64,000 bases of DNA from positions 14,865 to 78,864 of the forward strand of contig JAVCCL010000025.1 in the NCBI GenBank assembly GCA_030765505.1, in the 5' to 3' direction. Position numbers and translations under genes: made by a program. The DNA is from Candidatus Kaelpia imicola. Lineage in GTDB: Bacteria > Omnitrophota > Gorgyraeia > Kaelpiales > Kaelpiaceae. Positions 17,899 to 29,004 of the stretch are shown here, one piece after another (positions within the stretch are counted from its first letter, which is position 1; the number at the start of each line of letters is the position of its first letter). Under the pieces are notes generated by a model, which worked only from the letters and a program-made list of their open reading frames with translations, made no database searches and had not been told where the DNA came from.

Positions 17899-19590
17899 CT
17901 ATTTCAATTTATCCAGTATCTGATCCAAGTTTTCAAACTCCAGTAAAACTTCCTGGCCTCTCTTCCTCAACTCAAACTTACCCTCTTTTACATAATTGGA
18001 ACCCACTACTATCTGATACGGAATGCCTATCAAATCTGCATCATTAAATTTGTTTCCTGCTCGAATTGGCCTATCATCAAAAAGCACTTCCAATCCAGAC
18101 TTCTCAAGAAACTGATATATCTCTTCAGATTTCCGGAGTATTTCCTCGTCGTCTATGTTTGTAGCTATAATGATCACTTTATAGGGCGCCAGAGCAGAAT
18201 TCCATATAATACCTTTAGTATCATTGTTCTGCTCAATAAAAGAGGCTGCTATCCTATTGATCCCTATTCCATAGCAACCCATGATAATTTCACTGCTATT
18301 GCCTTTATCATCGACAAAGAGAGCCTCAAGAGGTTTGCTATAGCGGTTCCCAAGCTTGAATATATGTCCTATCTCAATCGCGCTTTGAATTTTTAAAGCC
18401 TTACCGCACTCAGGACATAAGTCAGACTCTTTGACGTTTCTGATATCACAAAACTCATCCAACTTAAAATCCCTGCCTTCTGATAAGTTCACCAGATGAT
18501 AATCCTTTCTGTTTGCTCCTGCAACAGCACCTGATATACCTCTAACATCAAAATCAGCAATAGTTCTTAACTTTAAACCCAGAGGACCCGAAAATCCCGC
18601 ATCTGCCCCAGTCTCACTCTTTATCTCAGAAGTTGTTGCCATTCTCAGCTCGCTGCATTTAAGTTTTTTACGCAGCTTAGCCTCATTAACATCGCTCTCT
18701 CCTCTCACAACTACAGCAATGAAGCTATTGCCGGATCTATATATTATGGTTTTTAAAAGCTTCTCAGCTGAAACTCCTAGAACTCCAGAAACATCAGCAA
18801 CAGAACTAACACCCGGAGTATAGACTTCTTTAACAGGTTCTCCCCGGCTCTCTTCTCCCTTGACTACTTCCTCTTTTCTTCTTGCAACATCCAAGCTTGC
18901 TGAATAGTTACAACTAGAGCACAATACAACCCTATCCTCTCCGTATTCAGAAGGAGCCATAAACTCATGAGAGATATCTCCTCCCATTATCCCGGGATCC
19001 GCTTCAACGCTGAGGTAATTAAGCCCGCAGCTTTCAAATATATTGCAGTAGGCCTGGTGAATCTTTTTATAGCTATCATCCAGCGACTCCCAGTTAGCAT
19101 TAAAACTGTAAGCATCCTTCATGATAAACTCACAGGTTCTTATTACACCGAATCTGGGCCTGGGCTCATCCCTGAATTTAGTTTGAATCTGGTAGAGGAC
19201 CAGCGGCAGCTGTCTATAAGACTCAATCTCTTTTGAGACCAGCCAGGTTACAATCTCTTCATGGGTAGGCCCCAATATCATATTCTTCCCAGCCCTGTTT
19301 TTAAACTGAATTATATCTTCACCCAAAGTAGAGAGTCTGCCGGTTTTCTGCCAAAGCTCCTCAGGGTGTATAGCTGGAAGAAGCAGTTCTTGAGCTCCGG
19401 CTTTATTCATCTCTTCCCTCACTATAGTTATGACCTTCAGTAAAGTCTTAAAGCCTAAAGGAAGGTAAGAGTAAAGCCCTGAAGCTAAACGTCTTATCAT
19501 GCCTGACTTAAGCATCAGTTGATGCGATATAGCCTCTGCATCCTTGGGCAGCTCTCTAATTGTCGGTAAAAAACCTTCTGAAAATCTCAT
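17899..19590 (-). CDS. proS: Prolyl-tRNA synthetase (bacterial type with editing domain)
   Basis: Class II aaRS motifs, including the FRDEPRPRFGVIR motif-2-like block, and a C-terminal anticodon-binding domain. Confidence 0.85.
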   Translation of the reverse strand: MRFSEGFLPTIRELPKDAEAISHQLMLKSGMIRRLASGLYSYLPLGFKTLLKVITIVREEMNKAGAQELLLPAIHPEELWQKTGRLSTLGEDIIQFKNRAGKNMILGPTHEEIVTWLVSKEIESYRQLPLVLYQIQTKFRDEPRPRFGVIRTCEFIMKDAYSFNANWESLDDSYKKIHQAYCNIFESCGLNYLSVEADPGIMGGDISHEFMAPSEYGEDRVVLCSSCNYSASLDVARRKEEVVKGEESRGEPVKEVYTPGVSSVADVSGVLGVSAEKLLKTIIYRSGNSFIAVVVRGESDVNEAKLRKKLKCSELRMATTSEIKSETGADAGFSGPLGLKLRTIADFDVRGISGAVAGANRKDYHLVNLSEGRDFKLDEFCDIRNVKESDLCPECGKALKIQSAIEIGHIFKLGNRYSKPLEALFVDDKGNSSEIIMGCYGIGINRIAASFIEQNNDTKGIIWNSALAPYKVIIIATNIDDEEILRKSEEIYQFLEKSGLEVLFDDRPIRAGNKFNDADLIGIPYQIVVGSNYVKEGKFELRKRGQEVLLEFENLDQILDKLK

Positions 19591-20630
19591 ATCATTTCTC
19601 TTACTTCCCGAACTAAAACAGTTATCAAACCCGCTTTATCCAGCTTTTTAATCTGTCTCCCTTTTTTAAATAGGATAGCACAGTTTTTTCCTCCTGCAAC
19701 ACCTATATCAGCGTCTTTAGCTTCGCCGGGTCCATTGACTTCACAACCCATAATAGCAACCTTCAGTCCCTTCCCTCTCTTTACCTTGACCAGCTCCTCT
19801 TTTGCTCTATTAGCCAAGTCCAATATATCAATCTGAGCCCTGCCGCATCCAGGACAAGATATAACTTCGATCCCAAACTTACGAAGCCCTAAAGCAGAGA
19901 GTATCTCTTTTGCAACTTCAACCTCACGAAACGTTGAATCAGTAAGAGAGACCCTGATAGTATCGCCCACTCCCTGCATAAGAAGAGCCCCGATGCCGAT
20001 ACTGGATTTAACAACAGCAGATATTCCCAGCCCTGTTGCAGTAACACCGACATGGAGTGGATAGTCAAACAAAGAGGCTGCCTTCAAATTAGCCAAGTAA
20101 GTATCCATAACAGTATTAGCTTTAAGGGATAGAAAGATATCTTTAAAATTTAAACCTTCCATATAGCTTAAATACTCCTTAAGAAGCTCTAACATTGAAT
20201 CAACAGAGTCATATTTTTTTCTATAAATCTCAGGAACCGAACCGATATTAACCCCTACCCGAATTGGAATATTCTTTCTCTTAGCCGACAATACAATCTC
20301 TCTCAAACCCTCTTTTGAGATATTACCTGGATTAATCCTTACTGCATCTGCTCCAAGCTCTATCGCCGAGAGAGCAAGTTTAAAATCAAAATGGATATCC
20401 ATCTCAACAGGAAGAAGGCTCTCTTTTATAATCCTCCCTATAAACCCAGTCTCATCTTCTTCTCTATATGCAATCCTTATAATCTCAGAGCCCGCTTCTT
20501 TTAATTGAGCTATCTCATCTATTATCTGGGAATATTTATCGGAACTCTTTTTGATCATGGTCTGCACAGAGACCGGATTATCTCCCCCGATCTCAACATC
20601 ACCAACCCTGACCACTCTTCTCCTTCTCAT
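19587..20630 (-). CDS. ispG: 4-hydroxy-3-methylbut-2-enyl diphosphate synthase
   Basis: GcpE family: GGDNPVSVQTM, CPGCGRA and GCEVNGPGE. Confidence 0.85.
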   Translation of the reverse strand: MRRRRVVRVGDVEIGGDNPVSVQTMIKKSSDKYSQIIDEIAQLKEAGSEIIRIAYREEDETGFIGRIIKESLLPVEMDIHFDFKLALSAIELGADAVRINPGNISKEGLREIVLSAKRKNIPIRVGVNIGSVPEIYRKKYDSVDSMLELLKEYLSYMEGLNFKDIFLSLKANTVMDTYLANLKAASLFDYPLHVGVTATGLGISAVVKSSIGIGALLMQGVGDTIRVSLTDSTFREVEVAKEILSALGLRKFGIEVISCPGCGRAQIDILDLANRAKEELVKVKRGKGLKVAIMGCEVNGPGEAKDADIGVAGGKNCAILFKKGRQIKKLDKAGLITVLVREVREMI

Positions 20631-21679
20631 TTAAAGAACACCCGCATTAAATCAAAATATGTAAGGTATAAAAGAAGAAAGAGCAACAAACCCATTCCTG
20701 CCTGAGTAAACCTCTCCTGGACAATAATAGAGACAGGCCTGCGGCGAATCCTCTCTATCAGGATAAAGAAAAGATGACCTCCATCTAAGACCGGAATAGG
20801 CAGCAGGTTAAAGATTGCAAGGCTAACATTTATTAATGCCATCAGAGTTAGCAGATAGCTTATGCCCATATCGGCCATCTTAGAGGATATATGAATGATA
20901 CCTACCGGCCCTACGACTGAATCTTTAAGAGATAGCCTGCCGGTAACAATATTCAAGATAGCTCTTAGAGTCTTAGCAGAGATATCAAAGACAGTGGCTA
21001 CTGACTCTTGAAGTGACTTATAAGGCCCGTATCTCTTTATAAATACATCCTCATCGTCCGGCGATATACCCAATAATCCAATTATCTTTTTCTGGCCGTC
21101 TAAGTCTAAGAGCTCCTTATCTTTAGTTTTAACTGCATAACTAAACTCACCCTGATTACGTTTTATGGTTATCTTTAGCTCCTGATTCGGCCTTGGATGT
21201 ACTTCTGCTATTAAATCCTCCCAGCTTTTAACCTCCTCATTATCAACAGCAATTATCTTATCGCCAACTTTTAAACCCGAATCCTGGGCAGGATACCCCT
21301 CTTTAAAGCCGCCTATAGTAGTACCTATCACAGGAAAACCGCTGCTATAAAGTATAAAGAAGAGTATAAAAGCCAAAAGATAATTACCAAGAGGACCACC
21401 CAATATGATCAAGCTTCTCCTGCCGGGAGGTTGAGAAAGAAACTCACTTCTTTCGCCTTTTAACTCCTCTCTGGGGTTCTCGCCTGCCATCTTCACATAA
21501 CCTCCAAGAGGAATAAGTGAGATCTTATACTCTGTTTCAGAGCTTTTAAAAGAGAATATTTTGGGTCCAAACCCAATCGAGAAAACCTCGACAGCAACAC
21601 CCATTCTCTTAGCAACAATAAAATGGGATGCCTCATGCACAAATACAAGAAAACCAAAAGCAATGATAACTAAAATCAT
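20627..21679 (-). CDS. rseP: RIP zinc metalloprotease (site-2 protease, M50) with PDZ domain
   Basis: HEASHF HExxH motif, a PDZ region, and a C-terminal LDGG motif. Confidence 0.8.
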   Translation of the reverse strand: MILVIIAFGFLVFVHEASHFIVAKRMGVAVEVFSIGFGPKIFSFKSSETEYKISLIPLGGYVKMAGENPREELKGERSEFLSQPPGRRSLIILGGPLGNYLLAFILFFILYSSGFPVIGTTIGGFKEGYPAQDSGLKVGDKIIAVDNEEVKSWEDLIAEVHPRPNQELKITIKRNQGEFSYAVKTKDKELLDLDGQKKIIGLLGISPDDEDVFIKRYGPYKSLQESVATVFDISAKTLRAILNIVTGRLSLKDSVVGPVGIIHISSKMADMGISYLLTLMALINVSLAIFNLLPIPVLDGGHLFFILIERIRRRPVSIIVQERFTQAGMGLLLFLLLYLTYFDLMRVFFK

Positions 21680-22815
21680 ATCTTACCAACCTCCTTTATA
21701 ATATCAGTAGATATCTCTTCTGCATCTCTAAAAACTCTCTCAATATCCTTCAGTGAGTCTATCTCAAAAACATCATGCCTCCTTACAGCTTCTTCAACAG
21801 AAGAGATTATATCTTTAAAAGCTATCTTAGAACCCAAAAACTCATTGACTATGATCTCATCAACTTTAACAATAAAAGCGGGTAAGCTTCCACCTCGCTC
21901 TAACGCATCATAAGCTATTCTTAAGGCCGGATAACTCTCTATAGATACCGCTTTAAAACTCATCTTCTCTAAGCTTCTCCAATCAATCCTCAAACCTGAA
22001 TCAAACCTGTCAGGATACCCTAAAGCATGCGCTATAGATACCCTCATATCAGGCAGAGCCATTTCAGCAAATGTTGTTCCGTCTTTTAGCTCTATCATGG
22101 CATGGATAATTGCTTCTGGATGGATTATCACCTCCATAAAATCCGAGGAGAGACCAAAGAGATAGCAAGCCTCTATTACCTCAAAACCTTTATTCATCAA
22201 AGTAGCCGAATCTATTGTGATCTTATTTCCCATCTCCCACCTGGGGTGAGAGAGAGCCATATCCAAAGATACGTTCTCCAGTTCTCTATCTGAAAAATCC
22301 AGAAACGGCCCTCCAGAACAGGTTAAAAAGACCTTAGAGATCTCGTCTTTATCAACTCCTTTAAGAAGCTGAAATATCGCATTATGCTCACTGTCTAAAG
22401 GAATGATTTCAGAGCTACTGCTTGCTCTTATATTATTAACAATAGATCCTGCAGCTATTATCGCTTCTTTATTTGCAATAGCTAAATTAATATCGTTCTC
22501 TAGGGCAAATATTAGCGGTCTTATTGCATCTGTACCGGAAAGAGCTAAAATTAAAAGGTCTACCTTCTGACCAGCTACAAAGTTTAAAAAATCATTCTGG
22601 GATTCAAAAACCTCAAAGGGTAATCTGCCGATATCTTTAGCTCTATTTAAAAAAATATTATCTACTTTAAACTTTTTTGCCTGCTGAGCGAGAAGCTCTA
22701 TATTTCTGTCAGAACCCAAAGCAACTATCTTAAAAAGACCGTTACTTTTCTCAACTATATCAAGAATCTGCCTGCCAACGCTGCCTGTTGAGCCCAAGAT
22801 AGCAATCTTCTTCAT
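21676..22815 (-). CDS. dxr: 1-deoxy-D-xylulose 5-phosphate reductoisomerase
   Basis: ILGSTGSVG NADPH-binding motif and overall Dxr similarity. Confidence 0.85.
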   Translation of the reverse strand: MKKIAILGSTGSVGRQILDIVEKSNGLFKIVALGSDRNIELLAQQAKKFKVDNIFLNRAKDIGRLPFEVFESQNDFLNFVAGQKVDLLILALSGTDAIRPLIFALENDINLAIANKEAIIAAGSIVNNIRASSSSEIIPLDSEHNAIFQLLKGVDKDEISKVFLTCSGGPFLDFSDRELENVSLDMALSHPRWEMGNKITIDSATLMNKGFEVIEACYLFGLSSDFMEVIIHPEAIIHAMIELKDGTTFAEMALPDMRVSIAHALGYPDRFDSGLRIDWRSLEKMSFKAVSIESYPALRIAYDALERGGSLPAFIVKVDEIIVNEFLGSKIAFKDIISSVEEAVRRHDVFEIDSLKDIERVFRDAEEISTDIIKEVGKI

Positions 22816-23633
22816 TTAATTATAAAATTATGCATATAGATATAGTAAAACGGTAAAGCTATCAGGATGCTGTCTGATAGATCCAGTACACCGCCCAGAC
22901 CAGGAATAGTCTTACCAGAATCTTTAACTCCGGCATCACGCTTAAGAACCGATTCTGAGAGATCCCCAAACTGAGCACATACACCCAAGATAAAACCTAC
23001 GGTAAAAGCATGATAAAACGACATTACCCCCCAATAGATAGAGGCTGCACAGGAAACCGATATTGCAAACATAATACCGCCAATAAAACCCTCTATAGAT
23101 TTTTTAGGGCTTATTCTAGGAATCAAAGGATGTCTGCCAAATTTTACACCAACGAGATAAGCACCTATATCTGTTGCTTTGATTACACAGATATAATATA
23201 TTACTAAAGAGATACCTCCTTGAAGCATTCTAATCTTTATTAAAAATATTGCCGGTATCGTTATATATATTAACCCCAGCATGGTAAGCCCCAAACATAA
23301 AGCCGCATCTTTATTAGTCTTTCTCACCATCTGATAAAGAAAGAGCAATATTAATGCAAAAGAGAGCGGATATACAAGATATGCAAAACCAAGATTCTCT
23401 TTTAAAGAGACCGCGAAGAGAAGGTATGAGACTATAAAGCCAATACCGGGGTATATGCTGCCGTATCTCTTTGCAATAATCCTGTAAAACTCCCAAAGTG
23501 CAACCGTAGCAAGCATTACGATCAAAGAGGTATATATAAAGAGGTTGGCAAATATTATAACCCAGAATATAAACAGGATTATTACTATACTGCTAATAAT
23601 TCTTTTAACTAAATTCCTATCAAAGAGATCCAT
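22812..23633 (-). CDS. cdsA: Phosphatidate cytidylyltransferase
   Basis: Polytopic membrane protein with the C-terminal CTP_transf_1 signature SxxKRxxGxKDxG. Confidence 0.8.
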   Translation of the reverse strand: MDLFDRNLVKRIISSIVIILFIFWVIIFANLFIYTSLIVMLATVALWEFYRIIAKRYGSIYPGIGFIVSYLLFAVSLKENLGFAYLVYPLSFALILLFLYQMVRKTNKDAALCLGLTMLGLIYITIPAIFLIKIRMLQGGISLVIYYICVIKATDIGAYLVGVKFGRHPLIPRISPKKSIEGFIGGIMFAISVSCAASIYWGVMSFYHAFTVGFILGVCAQFGDLSESVLKRDAGVKDSGKTIPGLGGVLDLSDSILIALPFYYIYMHNFIIK

Positions 23634-24333
23634 ATTTTCTCCTGCATTTTTTATAGTTTTTTATAGCTTTTATTAAATCTGACTTTCTAAAGTCAGGCCA
23701 TAGTTTTGTTGTGGTATAAAGCTCTGTATAAGCTGCCTGCCAAAGTAAATAATTGCTAATACGGTATTCTCCTGCAGTACGAATCAAGAGATCGGGGTCG
23801 GGTAAATCAAAAGTATAAAGATAGTTGCTTAGGAAAGGTTCGTTGAATTCTTCAAGTTTAATCTTGCCAGATTTAAAATCGCTGGCAATTCTAACTGCTG
23901 CATTAACAATCTCTTGCCTAGCACCATAATTTATAGCTAAAGTCAGATTGAGCCTGTCAAAACCCTCTGTCTCGTGAATAACCTTCTCTATCTTCTGAGG
24001 AAGCTCACCAGGAAGAACTTTCCAATCTCCGATAATACGTACTCTTATATTCTTCTCCTCTGCAAGCTCGGTTAGATTGCTGCCTATATTCTCCTCCAAC
24101 ATCTTCATCAACATGTCAACCTCTTTCTTAGGCCTCTTCCAATTCTCTGTTGAAAAAGTATAGAGAGTCAGATACTCTATCCCTAACCCCAGGCAATAAT
24201 CAATTACTCTGCGGACAGACCTTACCCCTCTGCTATGTCCATACCTGCGAGGAAGACCTTTGTTTGCAGCCCAGCGACCATTGCCATCCATTATAATCGC
24301 TATATGTTTTGGAACATTAATAATAGAAACCAT
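23620..24333 (-). CDS. uppS: Undecaprenyl diphosphate synthase
   Basis: HIAIIMDGNGRWA and ENWKRP motifs. Confidence 0.85.
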   Translation of the reverse strand: MVSIINVPKHIAIIMDGNGRWAANKGLPRRYGHSRGVRSVRRVIDYCLGLGIEYLTLYTFSTENWKRPKKEVDMLMKMLEENIGSNLTELAEEKNIRVRIIGDWKVLPGELPQKIEKVIHETEGFDRLNLTLAINYGARQEIVNAAVRIASDFKSGKIKLEEFNEPFLSNYLYTFDLPDPDLLIRTAGEYRISNYLLWQAAYTELYTTTKLWPDFRKSDLIKAIKNYKKCRRKYGSL

Positions 24334-24376
24334 GAATAGTTATTAGAAAATCTTAGCGTTGAATATCTGACATATC

Positions 24377-24724
24377 TTAAGGCTGAATCCCAGCTAACAG
24401 TTCTTCTAGTTTACCCAATTTGTCTCTAAGTTGGCTTATGCTCTCTGCAGCTTTCTTGAGTTTTATTTCAAGCGAATCTATATAATCTTCTTTTGCTTTG
24501 TTAACTTCGAACAGTTCATCTCTCTTGACGGCAATACTATCAAGTTTTTCCTGAAAACTCTGAATTTTGTCCTCCAGATAGACGCTATTTTTAACTGTTG
24601 TATGATAGTTTGATTCCAGCTTATAAAACTGCTTTGCGGTTTTAACCCTCTCTCTCCTCTCCAGTAGAGCCCAAACAAGAACGAATGCTAAAATAAAAAC
24701 AAAACCAGTATAAATCTTTCTCAT
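24377..24724 (-). CDS. Membrane-anchored coiled-coil protein (FtsB/DivIC-like?)
   Basis: N-terminal TM helix followed by a coiled coil. No strong family signature. Confidence 0.3.
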   Translation of the reverse strand: MRKIYTGFVFILAFVLVWALLERRERVKTAKQFYKLESNYHTTVKNSVYLEDKIQSFQEKLDSIAVKRDELFEVNKAKEDYIDSLEIKLKKAAESISQLRDKLGKLEELLAGIQP

Positions 24725-24740
24725 TTAAGACCCTCCTTCA

Positions 24741-25460
24741 TTATTTAACATGCTCTTTAATTCTTCTCTGGCGGTCTTCTAACACTTTGCCAAGCTGCTC
24801 TAAAAATTCGGTCCGAATCTTGGTAAGTTTTTTAGGAAGCACTACTATCTCGACACGCCTATTTTTCTGCCGACCTTCTTTGGTTTCGTTTGAATCAATA
24901 GGCTTATACTCTCCGTATCCAGTAGCCTGTACACGGGCAGAGTCCAAACCTCTTTTGTCAGCAAAGTAGTGCAATACACTCAACGCTCTCGCTGCAGATA
25001 GCTCCCAGTTGGATTTCCAGGGTGAATATTTTATAGGAATATTATCGGTATAGCCCTCTATTGAAATCTTTCTATCGGGTACATCTTTTTCAAGAAATGC
25101 CGCAACCTTATCAAGCATGACATATGCTTCAGACCGCAACTCAGCCTTACCGGAATCAAAAAAAACTTCAGCAACAAACCTTAAAACCAGACCCTTCTCT
25201 TCCAAAGATAATCTTACCTCGCTATCGTCTATCTCTTTCCTGAACCTACTCTCCAAACTCTCTTTTGCCAATTCTAATTCTCTTATCTCCTGATTTTTCT
25301 CGGATTTCAATCTTTCGATCTCAATCCTTAGGCGCTGCAGCTCTCTTCTCATAATCTGTACTTTTTCAATCTCTTCCGGCGGTGTTTTCTTAAAAGTAAA
25401 AGCGCATCCTGAAACTAAAAAACTAATGGCCAATAAAACAACCCGGCTTTTTTTAAACAT
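24741..25460 (-). CDS. OmpA-family lipoprotein (Pal/MotB-like C-terminal peptidoglycan-binding domain) with coiled-coil
   Basis: Lipobox LVSGC. The C-terminus carries the OmpA-like block FDSGKAEL...NRRVEIVV. Confidence 0.7.
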   Translation of the reverse strand: MFKKSRVVLLAISFLVSGCAFTFKKTPPEEIEKVQIMRRELQRLRIEIERLKSEKNQEIRELELAKESLESRFRKEIDDSEVRLSLEEKGLVLRFVAEVFFDSGKAELRSEAYVMLDKVAAFLEKDVPDRKISIEGYTDNIPIKYSPWKSNWELSAARALSVLHYFADKRGLDSARVQATGYGEYKPIDSNETKEGRQKNRRVEIVVLPKKLTKIRTEFLEQLGKVLEDRQRRIKEHVK

Positions 25461-25525
25461 TTAACACCTCCTAAAGTTATCTTGCAATCGCTACTTTCAA
25501 ATATTAACACCACTCTTTTTAACAG

Positions 25526-27613
25526 TCAAGGAAGTAAGGTCTTATTAAGAATAAGCGCAGCAAATACAATGGACGCCATAGACATTATTTTAATGAGAAT
25601 ATTTATAGACGGTCCAGCTGTATCCTTGCAAGGGTCGCCTACCATATCACCAATCACAGCTGCCTTATGGGCATCAGAACCCTTACCCCCAAGGTTACCC
25701 TCTTCGATATATTTCTTTGCATTATCCCAGCTGGCACCAGAATTGGCCAGCATGACAGCAAGAACAAAACCGGATACAAGCGATGCGATAAGCAGCCCTA
25801 TATTGGCTTCAACTCCAAATAGTATTCCCACTAAAATAGGAGAGAGCAATGCTATGGCAGCCGGTAATATCATCTGCTTTTGCGACTCCAGAGTCACTAT
25901 CTTAACGCAGCGCGCATAATCAGGCTTGGTCTTACCCTCCATCAAACCTTTTATCTCCCTAAACTGTCTTCTAACTTCAAAGACTATCTTTGAAGCAGTA
26001 TTACCAACAGACCTCATCATCAAAGACGAGAACAGAAAAGGAAGCATACCTCCTATAAATAGACCTACTATGATTTTAGGGTTTAGTAGTGAGAGGTCTA
26101 AATCTGCACCTAAAAACTCGAGCCTCTCTTTGTAAGCCACGATAAGAGCCAACGCAGTCAAGGCAGCAGAGCCTATCGCAAAGCCCTTGCCTGTTGCAGC
26201 AGTAGTATTACCTAAAGAGTCTAACGCATCTGTTCTCTCTCTGACTTCAGAGGGAAGCCCAGCCATCTGAGCATTGCCTCCAGCATTATCAGCAACAGGA
26301 CCATAGGCATCTGTTGCCAGAGTAATTCCCAAGGTACTTAACATACCTACTGCAGATATACCCACCCCATAGAGACCAATATTAAAATTCGAAAACCCGC
26401 CTGAGAAATAAAAACTCAAGAGTATAGCCACAGCGACAGTAACTATCGGAATAAAAGTAGATGCCATTCCAACGGAGAGCCCCGAGATTATAACAGTTGC
26501 CGGCCCGGTTAAAGCCGACTTAGCCACCGAGCGTGTTGAAAAATACCTATGTGAGGTATAAAACTCGGTTGAAAGCCCTATCAAAATACCAGCTAAAAGA
26601 CCTGTTATTACCGAATAATAGATACCTAAATGTTCGAACCCTAAAACCCGGGTAATTAAGAAATATCCCATAACTGAAATTAAAATGGCTGAGAGAAAAG
26701 TGCTTCTTCTTAAAGCCCAGAGCAATGCAGATTGAGTAGACTTCTCCTTACTCCTTACGGTAACTATCCCTACGATTGAAGCGATAACACCCAGAGCAGC
26801 CATAGTCATCGGTATCGTAACTCCGGCTGCACCCAATCCGGCTGCAACAGCAAGAGCCATCGTAGCTACAATTGAACCTACGTAAGATTCATATAGGTCT
26901 GCGCCCATGCCGGCAACATCACCAACATTATCACCTACATTATCTGCTATAACCGCCGGGTTTCTAGGATCGTCCTCCGGAATCCCTGCTTCAACCTTCC
27001 CAACAAGATCGGCTCCTACATCAGCAGCCTTAGTATATATACCGCCGCCCACTCTGGCAAAAAGAGCCATAGAACTAGCTCCCAGTCCAAATGTCAACAT
27101 AGTAGAAGTAATATTAAATATTTTCTCGCCTGTCTCCATGTTGCTGTAATAAAAGTCGAGAATATAATACCAGATAGATAGGTCAAGTAATCCCAAACCT
27201 ACCACAACAAGCCCCATAACAGATCCTGAAAGAAAGGCTATCCTTAAGGCAGAATTAAGACTGCTGCGAGCTGCATTTGCCGTACGGGCACTGGAGTTTG
27301 TCGCTACTTTCATACCGATAAAACCGGCCAATCCTGAAAAAAACCCCCCGCTTACAAATGCATAAGGCACAAAAATTGCTATATAGCCTTGTCTAACCAT
27401 CATCATAAGAAAAACAAAAGCCAAGAGAAAAAATATTGCTACCGTAGTATATTGCCTTTTTAAATAGGCTTTTGCACCTTCCCGAACCGCATTAGCAATC
27501 TCAATCATCTTTTCGGTCCCTTCATCTTTTCTTAAAATCCAGATTACAACACCAGCAGAAAAGAGAAGTGCTAAGATAGAACAGAACGGAGCTAACCAAA
27601 ACAACTCTTTCAT
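25526..27613 (-). CDS. hppA: Membrane-bound proton/sodium-translocating pyrophosphatase
   Basis: 695 aa with about 16 TM helices and the V-PPase signature DNVGDNVGDVAGMGADL. Confidence 0.85.
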   Translation of the reverse strand: MKELFWLAPFCSILALLFSAGVVIWILRKDEGTEKMIEIANAVREGAKAYLKRQYTTVAIFFLLAFVFLMMMVRQGYIAIFVPYAFVSGGFFSGLAGFIGMKVATNSSARTANAARSSLNSALRIAFLSGSVMGLVVVGLGLLDLSIWYYILDFYYSNMETGEKIFNITSTMLTFGLGASSMALFARVGGGIYTKAADVGADLVGKVEAGIPEDDPRNPAVIADNVGDNVGDVAGMGADLYESYVGSIVATMALAVAAGLGAAGVTIPMTMAALGVIASIVGIVTVRSKEKSTQSALLWALRRSTFLSAILISVMGYFLITRVLGFEHLGIYYSVITGLLAGILIGLSTEFYTSHRYFSTRSVAKSALTGPATVIISGLSVGMASTFIPIVTVAVAILLSFYFSGGFSNFNIGLYGVGISAVGMLSTLGITLATDAYGPVADNAGGNAQMAGLPSEVRERTDALDSLGNTTAATGKGFAIGSAALTALALIVAYKERLEFLGADLDLSLLNPKIIVGLFIGGMLPFLFSSLMMRSVGNTASKIVFEVRRQFREIKGLMEGKTKPDYARCVKIVTLESQKQMILPAAIALLSPILVGILFGVEANIGLLIASLVSGFVLAVMLANSGASWDNAKKYIEEGNLGGKGSDAHKAAVIGDMVGDPCKDTAGPSINILIKIMSMASIVFAALILNKTLLP

Positions 27614-27679
27614 GATCTCCCCTTAATGTTCAAAAAAAATAACAATTTTATTTCCATTTTCTAATATTTTTTCACATCT

Positions 27680-28984
<1,305 letters not shown>

Positions 28985-29004
28985 TTAAACTGGTGAAATA
29001 AGAC

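Noticed and set aside
25482-27149. Plus-strand ORFs of 69-145 aa overlapping hppA
   Set aside because: They are Ala/Ser/Pro-rich translations of the antisense strand of a GC-richer membrane gene.
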